Origin: Podarcis cretensis
Lineage: Eukaryota
Assembly (NCBI GenBank): GCA_951804945.1
Contig: OX638149.1
Location: 105,338,001-105,402,000 of the forward strand
Direction: 5' to 3'
DNA: 64,000 nucleotides
Under the pieces are notes generated by a model. It saw only the letters and a list, made by a program, of their open reading frames with translations. It was not told the origin of the DNA and searched no databases. Shown piece by piece: positions 37,120 to 60,956 of the stretch. Position numbers and translations under genes: made by a program. Numbering within the stretch: the first letter of the stretch is position 1; every line of letters starts with the position of its first letter.

Positions 37120-37263
37120 AGAATCATATAATTGTAGAGTCGGAAGGGACCTTGAGGATCATCTAGCTCAACCCCCCGCGAAGCAGGAATATGCAGCTGT
37201 CCCATAGGGGGATCAAACCTGCAACCTTGGTGTTATCAGCGCCATGCTCTAGCCACTGAGCTA
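37120..37263 (-). mobile_element. tRNA-Ile-derived SINE with CR1 tail (POMSINE-like)
   Basis: - strand TAGCTCAGTGGCTAGAGCATGGCGCTGATAACACCAAGGTTGCAGGTTTGATCCC, then a CR1 3' end GGTCCCTTCC..CTCTAC..TATGATTCT. Confidence 0.82.
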
Positions 37264-40239
37264 GGTCTTTCTCTGGGAAACAGCAGTGGCAGCTTGAAAG
37301 GTGATGAACTTGGAAGAAATATCAATGCTCTCCGTGCAGTTACTCCATATGGAATAACTTTGTTAAATTTATCTTTCGGTCCTCAGACTGGATCTTATGC
37401 AACCCTTGTAAAAGGACCCTAATAACTCGGGTAGCAATCCGATGAAGCAGCCAAGGTAGACTAATCTCAAAATGATTATATCAGTTGAACACAGGGCTTG
37501 TTATTCTTCGCCTCATCGTTTCTGGCAGCTAGTCGGTGTGAGCTTTCCTCCCCGCCCTCCTCCTTTTTACAGAGTAGTCTTGAATTTCCACCAGGATCAG
37601 CCTGCTATAATTGTGGTTTTGTTTGCTACAAAAATTGCAAATGCAACAAGAGCCTTGTGGCAAGGCTGGAAAAGTCACCCAGGTATAAATATGCTTTGAG
37701 CCTTAATCTCATTCCACCACAGGTGTAGCACATACTTTAACAAGATTAACTTAAAGCGCCATTGCCATGTGGATCTGTAAAGATGAAAACCTTTGCCCTG
37801 ATGGGCAAATGCAGATATATTTTTAATCAAACTCCTGGGAGGCTGCAAATCACTAGCAGCATATAAAATGAGAATTCAACAAAGGGAAAGGCTCGCTTCA
37901 GTGAAATGACTCCATCCTTATTACTTATGTAATGTAATCAACTCATGTTACCGGGCTGTTACAAGCATTCCAATCTATTTTAGGGTACTATAACTCAAAA
38001 CTCATAAAACAACTATTCAGAATGAGTGTAAGCTTGCTTGCTGACTAAATACTCCCTATTCATTCTGCTCCAATAATGAGCTCACTTGTGATAGATTAGG
38101 CCATTTAGGAGATGTTGACTCGGCTATGCTACAGATGCTGCACTGAAATGGGCTTATGCAGGAAGTCTCAAACCTTGTCATAGCAAGCCTCTCGCAATCA
38201 AGGCACAAGCTGGTTGAGCTCTCTCCTGTACAGCTAAGGGAAAACAAGCTTGACTTGGGTAGTGGTGCTTATTGTTATCCTAGGCACAATGCCAAGCATC
38301 TCAGTGGAAAAGAAACAGAGCATGGCACGGTTTAAGGACTCTACGGGAAGCACTCCAGGGAACCAAAACAAATATCCTGCAAATAATAGGGGGCCAATTC
38401 ACTGGGTTTTCAGAGCTAGCAATTAGTGCAAGGGAGAATGCATGGTGTTGCTTGGGCTATTGACTGGGGCATTTGAAAGGTGTGTGCATGGGTTGTAAGC
38501 AAGTGTCAAGATGTACCCAACATTTGCATTGCTAGTCAAGGAAATTTGCACCATGACTAGCAGATGTTCCTATTTGCGTAAGATGGTACACCTTGCACCT
38601 TCAGAATCCTGTCTTAAAATGGATCAACCATTTTACTTACAGCCTGTTTGAGAACAGAGGCAAACACATAAGGAGTGTTTAAAGTTTCTTCTTCTTCTTC
38701 GGCGATCACACAGGAAGGTAGATTATACGATCTGTTAAAACATTTCCCCATTCTTCAAACTTTACTATGATAATCCATTGCTCCTTTGCAGCTGAATCGC
38801 TAACAGCATAATTATGGCAATTATGGCTGCTCAGAACAAATGACATTTAATTCTTAATGTAGTTTAGGGGATGCCAATGTGATGATGCCCTCCAGATGTC
38901 ATTGGACTCTAACTTCCATCAGCCTCAGCCAGACTAGCCAGTGATCAGGGATGAAGGGAGATGTTATCGAGCAAACATCTGGAGAGCACCACATTGGCTG
39001 CTCCTGGTGTAGTTGAACTTGCCACCATTGCAGCACTGCTGACCTCTTGCACTCTTATAAACCCAGAGTGCAAGCACTGCATTTCTGCTCCCAGGTAACT
39101 TGGCCAGATCATTCTCTCTACCTCACAGACCTTTTGATACACTGGATGTGAATTCAATCTACATTCTGTATTACCATCTACATCACATCAGTTGAAAATA
39201 AAACTGAAGATTGCACAAAGCACATTTGAAAAGAGACATATCAGCATTCCCAAAGTCACAACAAAGAGAAAAACTGCTGATGTGTCGATCTTCCCAGGCC
39301 AATTAAGGTTATTCTCCCCTTGTAAAAGTGCCTTCATCTCCCACCATGCAGAGAGGAACCTCAGCCAGGTAAGCAGGGAACCACTCTGAAAATTGTTATT
39401 TGAAAAACTCATGAATCTTTAGAGAAAAGTGTTAGTGATTTGGCATTATGGGGCCTGGTGTTAAAAGGGGCCTTGAGACATCAATGGACACCCAAATACA
39501 AAAAAAATAATTTGAATTTTGCTACTTGGTAAGAGAAGCATTTACATTCTTTTCAGTCTGGTCAGTTTATGGTTGAGCTTATTATTATGCTGTGCAGACA
39601 TCCACTGTGCTTTGGTTTACTAAAATTCAGCTGCTAGAGCAGGGGAACTTATTTCAGACCAAGGGCCATTCCCCCTTCTGGGCAACCTTTTGAGGGCCAC
39701 ATGCCAGTGGTGGGGCAGCAAATGTAAATTTTGTCTTTCTAAAGGAGGCTAGTTTCTACACAAGCTCACATGCCCTTCCCTAGCCTGATGTGCTATGTCA
39801 AGAATAAGCATTATTAGATGTGTTATAGGAACACATGAAAACCCCCCACTATCTATAGCGTTACTGATCTGTAGAGATATTACACTTGGACTTTACTGAA
39901 GCTAATAAACATCCTCCACCCTATTTGCCATCACATTAGCTCTGCTGTGTGTTTAAGAGCTAAACGCACATACTTCTTCAGCAGCTCTGCTGTCATGTAG
40001 CCTCAGGCCATACCAACTTCTTGTGGAATCTTTGACAGATATCATAACACTACCAAACAAAGCTTGGCCAAGTCAGTGCAAACGGTAAGACATTTTCTTG
40101 AGTAGGGGATGAATGGGAGGGGAGAAAGAAAATAAACACTGATGAAGTACAATGTATATGCAGCATATAAATTATTAGATTTTCTTGGAGATTGCTGACA
40201 TACTTGAAAGGTATCTGTAAACATTATGCATGAGAATTG

Positions 40240-40242
<3 letters not shown>

Positions 40243-40311
<69 letters not shown>

Positions 40312-40313
40312 TG
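40243..40313. repeat. (CT)n(GT)n microsatellite
   Basis: Direct reading. Confidence 0.92.
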
Positions 40314-40965
40314 TTGTCGTCACACACAGCAGCAATACTACCAGAGGCATGGAATGCCTTTCACTCAATGAAAATCAGGACATTTTCAACCTAGCAGGGC
40401 TATGAATTTTTAATCCCATTTTCAGAATTTATAGCAACGAAACTCTGGAGCCCTACAGAGAAGCAAGTCCAAATGCATGTTGCTGTCTCCAAGCCACAGG
40501 TAATCTGGAGAAGTCTAACTGATTTCAAAGAAGATTGTTTGAAATAATTTGCAAACTGGGTTGGTGCAGTATGAAAAGGAATGCCAGCTTGAACTGCCGT
40601 GATAGGGGATGAATGGGAAACATGCTAATGGCTGTTCCAATTACTTGCTTGGAAGAGTTGCCCACAACAGCACTTTTTCCTTAGTACTGTGTAAAATATA
40701 CTAGGCATGTCAAATGTACCCTGCTCATGGAACAATTGGGAGGCACAGTTTTTTCGCTCTTAGCAAATAATCAACAACACCTAAAAAATGGAGGTACTTC
40801 AGCTGGGAGACACCACAGGACCAGGGCTAAAATGCAGTCCTCCATATTTCTGACCCTCCATAGGTCACATAGCCCCTCATGAGACTGCACCCCACTTCAC
40901 TCTGCTTGAGTACCCTTGCCTGGCTAGGACATGTCACTGAACCTCTTTTGGATTGGATGATGGAT

Positions 40966-40966
<1 letters not shown>

Positions 40967-41003
<37 letters not shown>
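40967..41003. repeat. (GT)n microsatellite
   Basis: Direct reading. Confidence 0.92.
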
Positions 41004-41007
<4 letters not shown>

Positions 41008-41449
41008 CCTCACCTTAACATGGCAGGAATGTAACCTAATCTACATTGCTCCAGCCATTTTTGGCTCTCACCCTGTCCATCACTAGCAGGACAGAACCCA
41101 GCACAGAAGGAAACAAAATAGCTAACCTTTCCTCTTCTGCTTTGCTGGCAATTGGAACAAAAGCACCAGCAGCTAGGCTTATTATTGTTTGCTGGTTGAC
41201 CCAGCTATTCTAAAATCACAGGATGTGATTTGCATAGCAAAACATGCCAAAGTCTATTTTGTTCTACAGCATCTTATCAGTGAGAACCTGCTACCACCAC
41301 CAGAATGAACTGTGTTGGGGGAAAGGGTTGGAAGGAAGTTTCTACCTTCTTTCAAGTTTCTTCTGAAAACTGCACTGTTTCAACAGGACTTTACAATATG
41401 ATTTTTTCCCTTTAAACCAACCAGTATCTACTAATGTTTGACTGATGCT

Positions 41450-41454
<5 letters not shown>

Positions 41455-41486
<32 letters not shown>
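41455..41486. repeat. (GA)n microsatellite
   Basis: Direct reading. Confidence 0.9.
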
Positions 41487-41488
<2 letters not shown>

Positions 41489-41702
41489 TTTTTTGTACGC
41501 TGTAAGGGGCTTTGTTCTATTTTAGGTTAAAATTTTCAAACCACAACAAAAAACCCTGCCTGTGTGGGCACATGCACCCTACAGATTCACAAAGACAAAG
41601 GGTTATCACATGTGTCTTCCAATATGTGCATCTTTACCAGAGTTGTAGCTTTGTGTTACCATACAGCATAGTGCACTAAAGTATCTCCCCTCCCCTCACT
41701 TG

Positions 41703-41820
41703 TTAAGCAGAGATTGGATGACTGTCTGTCATGGATGCTTTAGCGGAGATTCCTGCATTGGAGGGGGTTGGACTAGATGACCCATGGGGTCCCTTCCAAT
41801 TCTACGATTGCATGATTCTA
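41703..41820 (+). mobile_element. CR1 LINE 3' terminal fragment
   Basis: ttcctgcattg.agggggttggactagatgaccc...ggtcccttccaattctacgattgcatgattcta. Confidence 0.85.
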
Positions 41821-42761
41821 CCTCAGAACTACTCTTAAGCTGAACCTCCAGCCTGGAAGACCTTCTGGCCTTTTCTGTGAAGGCAGACCACAACAGCTAC
41901 CACCTCTCTGCTGCCCTCTGCCCCAGAGCTGCCTCCATTTCTCTGGTATTGTAGACACTAACTGATAGAGCCATATTTCTTTTCATTGCCTACTGCGGGC
42001 AGTCAGCAGGGAACCTCCTTTGGACTGTAGAAACTTCTTTTCAGATAGACATATGCTTTATGTCCCTCTTTGACAGTGTTTAGAATGATGTCAACATCCC
42101 TGATGTTAACATTTCGTTGTAAGTTTGGAAAAGGAGGAGGTAGCAAAAGAGAGTCCAGTGACATTTTTTATTCCCAACAGTTAGAAACTGAACTCCACGA
42201 GTAATACGATCGTGCTTATAGGACATTGTCCACCAGTAAATCTGTGGAGTTTGTTTAAAAAATTCTTTCCCAAATGTCAATGTCTGGCTTTAGCCATCTC
42301 CCGACACTCCTAGATCTTGTCTGAAACCATAGGCTATGCCTGACAGGAGAAAAGACTATTAATTAGATGGTTGAGTAACACACAAAAAGCTTGTATATCA
42401 TGTTTCTCCTGCTCAAGGAAAAACATGAACAAAACACCTTACCACTGATGACTACTAATTTTTGAATACCAAGTTAGGTTGTTTGATAAGCTTCACACAG
42501 GGGTGGTCCTACCTTTAGGGAAAGTGAGATAACCTGCCTCAGTCAGCAGATATTGGAGGACAGCAGTGACAGTGCCCTGACTGTCCCTCCTAAGTCTCCC
42601 ATCTATTCCCCTCTGTTGGAGGGCAGGTCTGTGTATGCTACATCCCATTTCTAAACTAGTTCGCTGTCTCAGGCAGAGAAGAGGACCACTGCCCCAGCAC
42701 TACAAATGGCTCTTGTTAGATCCATAGCATTATTTTCCATCACAAAAGGAAATAATAATAA

Positions 42762-43098
42762 TCATAAATTATTATTTATACCGAGCCCATCTTTGGGCGG
42801 CCTCCAACAAAATACTAAAATACAATAGTCCATCAAACATTCCCTAAACAGGGCTGCCTTCAGATGTCTTCTAAAAGTCTGGTAGTTGTTTTTCTCTTTC
42901 ACATCTGGTGGGAGGGCATTCCACAGGGTGGGTGCCACTACCGAGAAGGCCCTCTGCCTGGTTCCCTGTAACTTGGCTTCTTGCAGTGAGGGAACTGCCA
43001 GAAGGCCCTCGGAGCTGGACCTCAGTATCAGGGCAGAATGATGGGAGTGGAGACGCTCCTTCAGGCATACTGGACAAAGGCCGTTTAGGACTTTAAAA
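42762..43098 (-). mobile_element. L2-clade LINE 3' fragment
   Basis: FKVLNGLCPVCLKERL...LRSSSEGLLAVP...RAFSVVAPTLWNALP...FRRHLKAALF. Confidence 0.88.
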
Positions 43099-46000
43099 GG
43101 GGTACATTGGTGTGTTTTAATTCTGTATTGCCACCAGGAGGCTTTTCTCATATTTATAGTAGGCTGAGGCTTTTTCTTTTTTGCTGCCCATCCCCATTTC
43201 TTTTCAGTGATAAATCTGTGTTTAGTGTGGCCTGTGTGTAGCATTTAATGAACAGCTAACAAAAGCCTAATAATATTAATGACCAACTTTCATTAGCTGT
43301 TGTTCAGCAAGTATTCTGGCTGAATGTTACACAAGAATGAGTGATCAGCTAAGTGCACTTGAAATAAATATGAAACAAGGTGTGCAGAACGCTCAGATTC
43401 CTCCCGAGTCAAAAACTGTATTAGCTGTTCGCCGAGGTAGAAAAACAACACACCATGATTATTTGTTGCCTCTTTACAAGCGGAGCTCGCTGAAGAGAGA
43501 CAGCGGCCACAGAGAATACCAATGCAGTATGTGTCTGACATATTAAAAGTAGACATCCATTCCTTTTTAGGTGGGTCAGTTTTAGGACACTATTCTTCAT
43601 AACAAAGTGGTACGAATGAGGCACTGAAAGAATCACTTGTTCCTACACTGTTTACATGGTCAAAATACAACAGCAATTTGTTCAGGAGCACCTAGATTTA
43701 TAGCAATGGTGAAACGAAGATTTGGTTAGTGCCCATATAAGCTTCTATGAGCTTTCTAAAGGAAGATGAGGATAGAACTATATTCAAAGTAGCACGAAGG
43801 AGAACATTCTGTTAGTGAATTTCTGCTTGCAAGATGGAACATTCTCACACTCTCCTCCCCTTGTGTGCTGCCTAGTCCTCTGGAGCAATGAAGAGGGGAG
43901 CGGGAATCTTATTGATCCCACAAGGCTGATCCTGATAAGAAACTGGACCATGAAGCCAAAAAGATTCCTCAGCTTTGTGCTGGCACTGATCATTGAGCTA
44001 GTGCAACTGTTCCAAGTTGAATACTTTGTACTTTTTCAAGTTGGCCATTTGAGCCTCCTCTTATTTTTAGAACTGAGAAATCTCAGAGAAAGCTGAATAT
44101 AGTATAGGCGACACGGCCTAGTCTACAGGGCTAAGAATGGCTTTTATAGATGGGAGTTTGTCTTTTGACACATGTCAAGAGGCCCCTTTAACCATGCACA
44201 GTCCCACAGCAGAGTTCGAGCAAGAGAGAGGAAAACCACTCTCAGACCTTCTGTCACCAGGGGGTGAAATTTCAATCTGGTTCTCTAGTTATGCAGGCAA
44301 TGCACTTTCTTTAGAGAAGCTGAATTGCAGAGAAATCCAGGCATGCCATTTGTATGCAGGGTTGCTCACACAGAACTATGGCAACTGAGAATGCCCACGT
44401 AACGAGTGACTTCTTTTGGGCTGAATTATACTGACAAATTCTTCATATGAACAGTTACAATTGGGTACCTGTAGGAATCTGTTTCCTAGTGTTAACTAGG
44501 TCCTTGAGTTAATTGTTGAAGTGAAGATAACACTTCATGTTATCTAATTGCACCAACCCCGAAGAAACACTACCTGCATAATTTCTTGATGTCCACCTCC
44601 CCCCATGAAACATGCTAGAAACTATTTCCAATTTTGAAAATAGGACTACTTATTTTTTCTATTCTACAGCTTTCTGCCTTATAAAGGATTTTGTGGGTTT
44701 TGCAGTGCACGGCTTATTTCTGAGTTTTAAAGAAATCTTCCTTTTTTCGCCCATCATGTCTCTGCATAAACTGCAGAAATGAGTGTATGATAAAAGTTTC
44801 AATTCTAACAATACAAATGAAATCTGGAAGTATTTCGCTCTTACCACTTTAAGACTGAAATCATACTTATTTTTTTCTGCTTCAAAATTGTCCATGGAGT
44901 TGTGTTGAGAATTACAGGGCAGTTATGGTAATACTGGTTGGTCCTAATGAAGCTATTATTTGACTGACCCCAGGAACACCTAGCATGCTTTCTTAGACAA
45001 TATCAAGGTATTGCTTAAAATTAATACAGTTCATTTAACAACTACTTATACGATTCCGAATTGCAGCAATTAGTTTTGGCTGACTCTGCAGAAGACTCTG
45101 AAGAATTGCAGAGTAATTAGAATCTACAATGACTGCTTTTGAGGACTTACCTGTCTTGGGCCGGCTGCTCAGCCCTGTCTAAAATTACCAGTCTGCTCAC
45201 TCAAAGTTTATTAACTACAATTTCTCCTCAATTACTTCCAGAGGGCAAAAGGCCTGAAATGAAGATGGCAGTGAAAGACTAGAGACTCTCCCCTTGAATG
45301 TGCATCTTTGACCTTTTAGGTGTTTTGAGGGCTGCTTTCCTCGTGACAACAATAGCGAACAGTCAACAGAATCCTTCATCTTTACACTTATGAGGCCATA
45401 CCGACTGCATAGATCTTTTTTCATGTTCCCTTGAACCACGCAGATGGAAAACACTAGACTACCCGACAACTGTCGGCATGCGATGTAAAACAATAATATG
45501 CAAAAGTGGCTTTAAAAAAATGATTTTACACGCAAGAATATGGGTAGATGATATACTACTTTTTAAAAACTTTACATCCGTGTTTTTTTCTTTTTTTCTT
45601 TCTATACTGCCCTATACCCGAAGGTTCCGATGCTTTCAAATAACCATTTTCAAACTGTTCCCCCCCCCATTGAAGAGCAAATACAGAAAACAATCACTTT
45701 CAGATTTTTTAAAAATGTATTTCTTCCATACCAGTAAGAAAGTGCACTAAGGTGATCCACATCCACTTAAGGCTGAACATTTAAATTTCTATTATCCCAT
45801 TAAGATCACTCTAAAACATGATAATGCAGGAAGAAATGATTTCAGAGCTGCTCTTCCTCCACGATTTGCCTCACAACTATAGTTAAGCTTGGTTAATCCA
45901 CTTTTAGGCCTAAATTTTTAGAGGGCGTTTGAACTAGTTCATGATGGGCCTTGGAATTCCAAACCTGAGCTAGTTTCAAAATACCCCAGTTTCGAACGTC

Positions 46001-49000
46001 ACCGTCATCATGAGATTTATATATTATTTTTCATATTATTTATATATTTTTAAAACAGTCATTTTAATTGTGAATGTTTTAATGTGCATTTTAATTGTAT
46101 GCAATTGGTTTTATACTTGTAAATGGCTTAGAAACCATTTTGGCAATTAAGTGGCGTACTAATTAATAAATAATAGCTACTACTCTTCATTTCCAGCCTC
46201 TAATTAAAACCTTACAACTCTTCATGTTCACCATCTAATTAAACTTTGAACCAATACTATATTATTAGCAGAAAAGGACCCAAGGTTTAGAGATAAGCCT
46301 AAGGCCTGCCAGGAACTTCACAGCTGCGGTGAGATTTGAATCATGGAACTTCCTGGCTGAGCAGCAAAATTATTCTAGGAAAGGGAACACACAAGGATCC
46401 TAGTCCACAACCGAATGAAGAGGAAGTACACAGGTTTAACCACATTTACTCATAATAAGCCAACGAGACCAAAATTGGCTTAACTATTTTGTTAATAAAG
46501 TGCTGTTGCAAAGAAAGTATTTAAAATTCCCAAAACATGCTGTCAAATAATGAGATCTTTGGAACTAACCCATAAAACATAGTAGACATAAAGTACAAAA
46601 CCACATGCAGAATTTTCTCATACAAGATGTTTGTATCTCATTTTGTATTTTTTTAAAAAGATACATTGTGATGCAGATTTGTGAAATATGAATTCTGCAC
46701 CTGTGAGTTTTTCCACATTTTCTCCCCCACCCCCTTTCGGAAAACCAGTGAAATTAACTTATTTCCAGTCACTTCTCTTGCATTCAGCATAAAGATCTTG
46801 GCAGAAGTGAGAGTTTATCACCTTAACACAGAGAGCACACCGCTCAGCTGTAGCTCATATTAGGACAGTCTTGAAGCCATAATGTTTTCCTCTAAGAGAC
46901 AAGGAGACTGTGCTCATATAGAAGATTTCCAGCATATTTTTTTCCAGTATCACTGCTGCGTAAATTATAAATAAAGTGTCAGCACTAATAACGAGCACTT
47001 TCACACACTGCTCCTTGGATCATTTATTTCAGTGTAAAAAATAAATGAATGTGTGTACATATTTTCAATTGTGCCTAAATTCACAGTTGCTAAAACTTCC
47101 AATACCCCAGCCTGAAAAAAATCCATTCTGAAGAGGCGAGCAGAGAAATAAATGCAAGTTAACATGAACATTTTACTTGACCATTTTTTCCTTAACAAAT
47201 TGCTTGTGCCCCAAATCGCACTGGGGCACAGGCTCTGTTGCCTCTTGCACCAACTTGTTATGTTCCAGCTACTGCTGCCACTGGTCCCGAGTCTTTAAAA
47301 TTCTGGGAAATCCCTTGTGTCACAAATGTTTTGGGGAACAGAGAGGAATCAACCCTCAACTAAGCTGGTTATGCTGCTTCTCACGCCAGTGTTGCTTCAG
47401 AATTGGTGGGCTTCTGCTAGTGATGTCCTGCTGCTTTTCTCAATATGGCGCCACAAAGTAAGGTGGCCGCTTAAGAGACCAGGCTGCCTTTATTCTTACT
47501 GAACTCATTCTTCACACAACAGCCGCCCATCAAAATGGGATGTTTGGACTGATCACTAAGAAAGCTGAGGCCTGGCTTATACCTGCAGCAGGATGAGGTG
47601 ACAGAAGAATGTATAACATCCAGTACAATTTCTTAATGCACGTCCGCGAAATAAAATTGCTCACAAGTAAGAAGCAGATCAGGGAGGCAGGTTTAGTCCA
47701 CCCCACTACTGTTTTCTATTTGCTGCAAAGTTGTTTTGTTTTTACACAGGAAAGCATTCAAGCTGCAATTTCCTCACCTGTACTCCTAATGTGGTACAAT
47801 TCATTAAAACATTTTAACACCACCTTTCAATTCAAAATGGCCAGGGATGAGCTGCTGAACTGGATCCAGGGCTGCCTCTATTAACTCTCTTCTAGGGATC
47901 AAATAAATCTGTAAGTCGCTAACAATCCCCCTCCTCAAGGTCGTGTGAATGGAGGTGAGTGTTTCTCTGTAAAACTGAAACAACCTTCCTTTGGAAGCCT
48001 ACCTTCCAAAGGTGGTATGACCAGGCGGATTAGGAAACTTAACTATGTAACTAGCCAGAGATGAAATAAAAAGTTCTTAGATTCATTACAAATCAGAAGA
48101 ACCCAGGCCACCTCTCTATCATCCTTTTGGCAAAATGTGATTTTGTAGGAAGGGCAGCGCCATTTCGTATTATGTCCCACAGTGTGCACACCACCCCTTC
48201 TAAACTGTTGACACAAAAATGAAATTAAGAAATATTCCAGGCTGATAAGAAAAAGCTCATTCTGCTATATCATTCTACTACTTGCGCAAACCAGACTTTA
48301 CATAATGGGAGCACAGGGCCACATATAGCACCTTTAGTCACTGTAAACAGGGGGGGGAAATGGCAAAAATTACAGCCAGCATTCAACTAACCTCGAATGT
48401 GCAGAAGGGGTTCCACTTGCACAGTGTGGCTTTCTTCTCCTCTCATTCCCCTGCATGCACCTAATGCCTTCTTCAAGTTAGCTCTGGAGGGTTGAGGGAA
48501 CTTCTAGAACACAGAGGAGACTTCCTGCTGCTCATCAGGCAATGGCTTTTCCCACCTGCCTTGCCCCACCCTCCAGCCCTATAAGTCTTTCCCAGACCAT
48601 GATTTTGAGAACAGCAGAAGCAGCTGGGGAAAGAGGAGTTCAGGGACAGATAGATTATAAATTGTGTGCCCTTGTTTCTCAATTTGATCCTTTTATTTGG
48701 TTTGTGGTATTTTATGCATTGTGACTTGCCATTGTTTTTCTTGATTATAGTTTAGTGATTCTTTATTATAATGGTGTTAACCGTTTAATTATCATATGCT
48801 GGTATTTAATTTGACTGTTTACTATTATATTCTGGTGGATTCTTGAATATTGCTTTGTCTGATGGAAGTTGTTTATTTTAAAGTTACGGGGACTTCTTTG
48901 TATTGTATCAGAGTGTTATTACATGTGTGATCTTTGCTGTCTGTTTTGTTGTTTCTTCAGCTTGTAAACCCCCTCGTGTATAGTAATATAGAAAGAGGCA

Positions 49001-50334
49001 GTGTAACAAATTAAAAATGAAGTAAAATATTTAGTGGGTGAGCAGATGGGAGGAAAGCCAGGCTGGGCAAGTGGAAGTCATTGTGCACATGCAAGTAGTT
49101 AGCTGAGGACTGTCCTACAATAGAACCACTGTAACTGTGGATTTTGATGAAAGCCACCTGGAAAACAATTTCTTTCTTTAATCAACAGCGTTGGCACAAT
49201 GGTAGGTATCCAGAGAAAGAATACTAACCAGAGAAACTCATGATGCTAGGTGATGTTTTAACAGGATCTGATGACTTGGCCTATAGTTCATTCACATTTT
49301 TGTATTGCATATATTCAAGGAAATAAAACAGCCTACTGCAACGTCTCAGCCAATATTCACAGAAACAAAATTCTACTGACAAGAATTCAACCCATACTTG
49401 CATTCAAACCAGATCCATGAAAATATGACACTGATTTCTTTTCTTTATCTTTTGGCAGTAATGAGATCTAGAAAGGGTCTTCAGTGCAGAAACCATTTTG
49501 ATATACACTGATTTAATTCCTTTGACTACCATTCTTTAACTCATATTGTTGTGGCTAGCTTAGAGAGGAGGCCTGTTAGAAAGTCAGGCACACTTAGGTG
49601 TACTAGCGTCAAGCAAATCCAGTCACAACTTTTAAAAATCGAGTTGGGATATATTTTGGAATATTGGGTTGCATCCAGACCTGGCATTCCATGAATGGAA
49701 GAGATCTTTCTGTTCATGGAACTGAGTGAGATCCAGGAGGATCCACAGACAGGATGAGATGTGAGTAGAGGCTATTTTTCTACGATTTCTCCTTCCCTCT
49801 GCATCCCCAAATGGGCACTTTGCATGCTGTTCTGGAAGGTTCCCCAACCTCCTGTAGCAAATTTTCAAAGCGTGGCAGGTTCAGACAAGGCAGGGAAATT
49901 GGGAAAAATCACCTCTTCCCTCACAGGAATATCCAGGTTGCATGAGGTACAAGCCATTATGCTTTCTGAAAATCATGAAGTAGGCCACAAAATCTCCTGC
50001 TTGAAGTATATTCCAAATAAAACATGAAAAACAGAAATAAGACAATACTGGTTCTTGCATAAAAGAATGACTGATATTATTTTCCTTTAATGGGATCTAA
50101 CCGAACAAGTGGACTATCTCTACCTCAAAAATGTTTCTTTTCAAAAACATAAAAAATGAAGATGTGAAATGAACATTGTTCTTTGCTCCAATCAATTTGC
50201 AACCTATGTCAAACAGACATTTATAAAATATATTGCAAGTAAATTAAATCTGACTTCACCAGAATGAAAATGGGAAATGTTACAAAAGTGCTGAGGATTT
50301 GTGTTCCAGTGTAAGATTACTGTGGATGTTTCAC

Positions 50335-50340
50335 TTTATT
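50335..50340 (-). terminator. Probable MMADHC poly(A) signal AATAAA
   Basis: TTTATT on the + strand ~220 nt past the stop codon; a second one at 50528-50533. Confidence 0.55.
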
Positions 50341-50560
50341 GAAAGTTTGGAAAAGTAATACTTTAGAATATCATACGCTATATATACACACATCCCTCAA
50401 GTAAAATGTTGGATTACCTTATAAATCGTGTATAGAGACTACATATCCGATGAAGACTAAAATAAATAACAGATCTTTTACTCTCTAGAAATCAGTGTAA
50501 TTTATCACTTGATATGTCCCAACAGTGTTTATTGGCCAATTCTTAAGCCTGAAGATGCGG

Positions 50561-60956
<10,396 letters not shown>

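Noticed and set aside
37190-37263. Functional tRNA-Ile gene
   Set aside because: 5' acceptor stem missing, B-box mutated, fused to a CR1 tail: it is a SINE head
43784-44096. Possible third gene between LYPD6 and MMADHC
   Set aside because: Short ORFs without recognisable homology or a consistent exon chain
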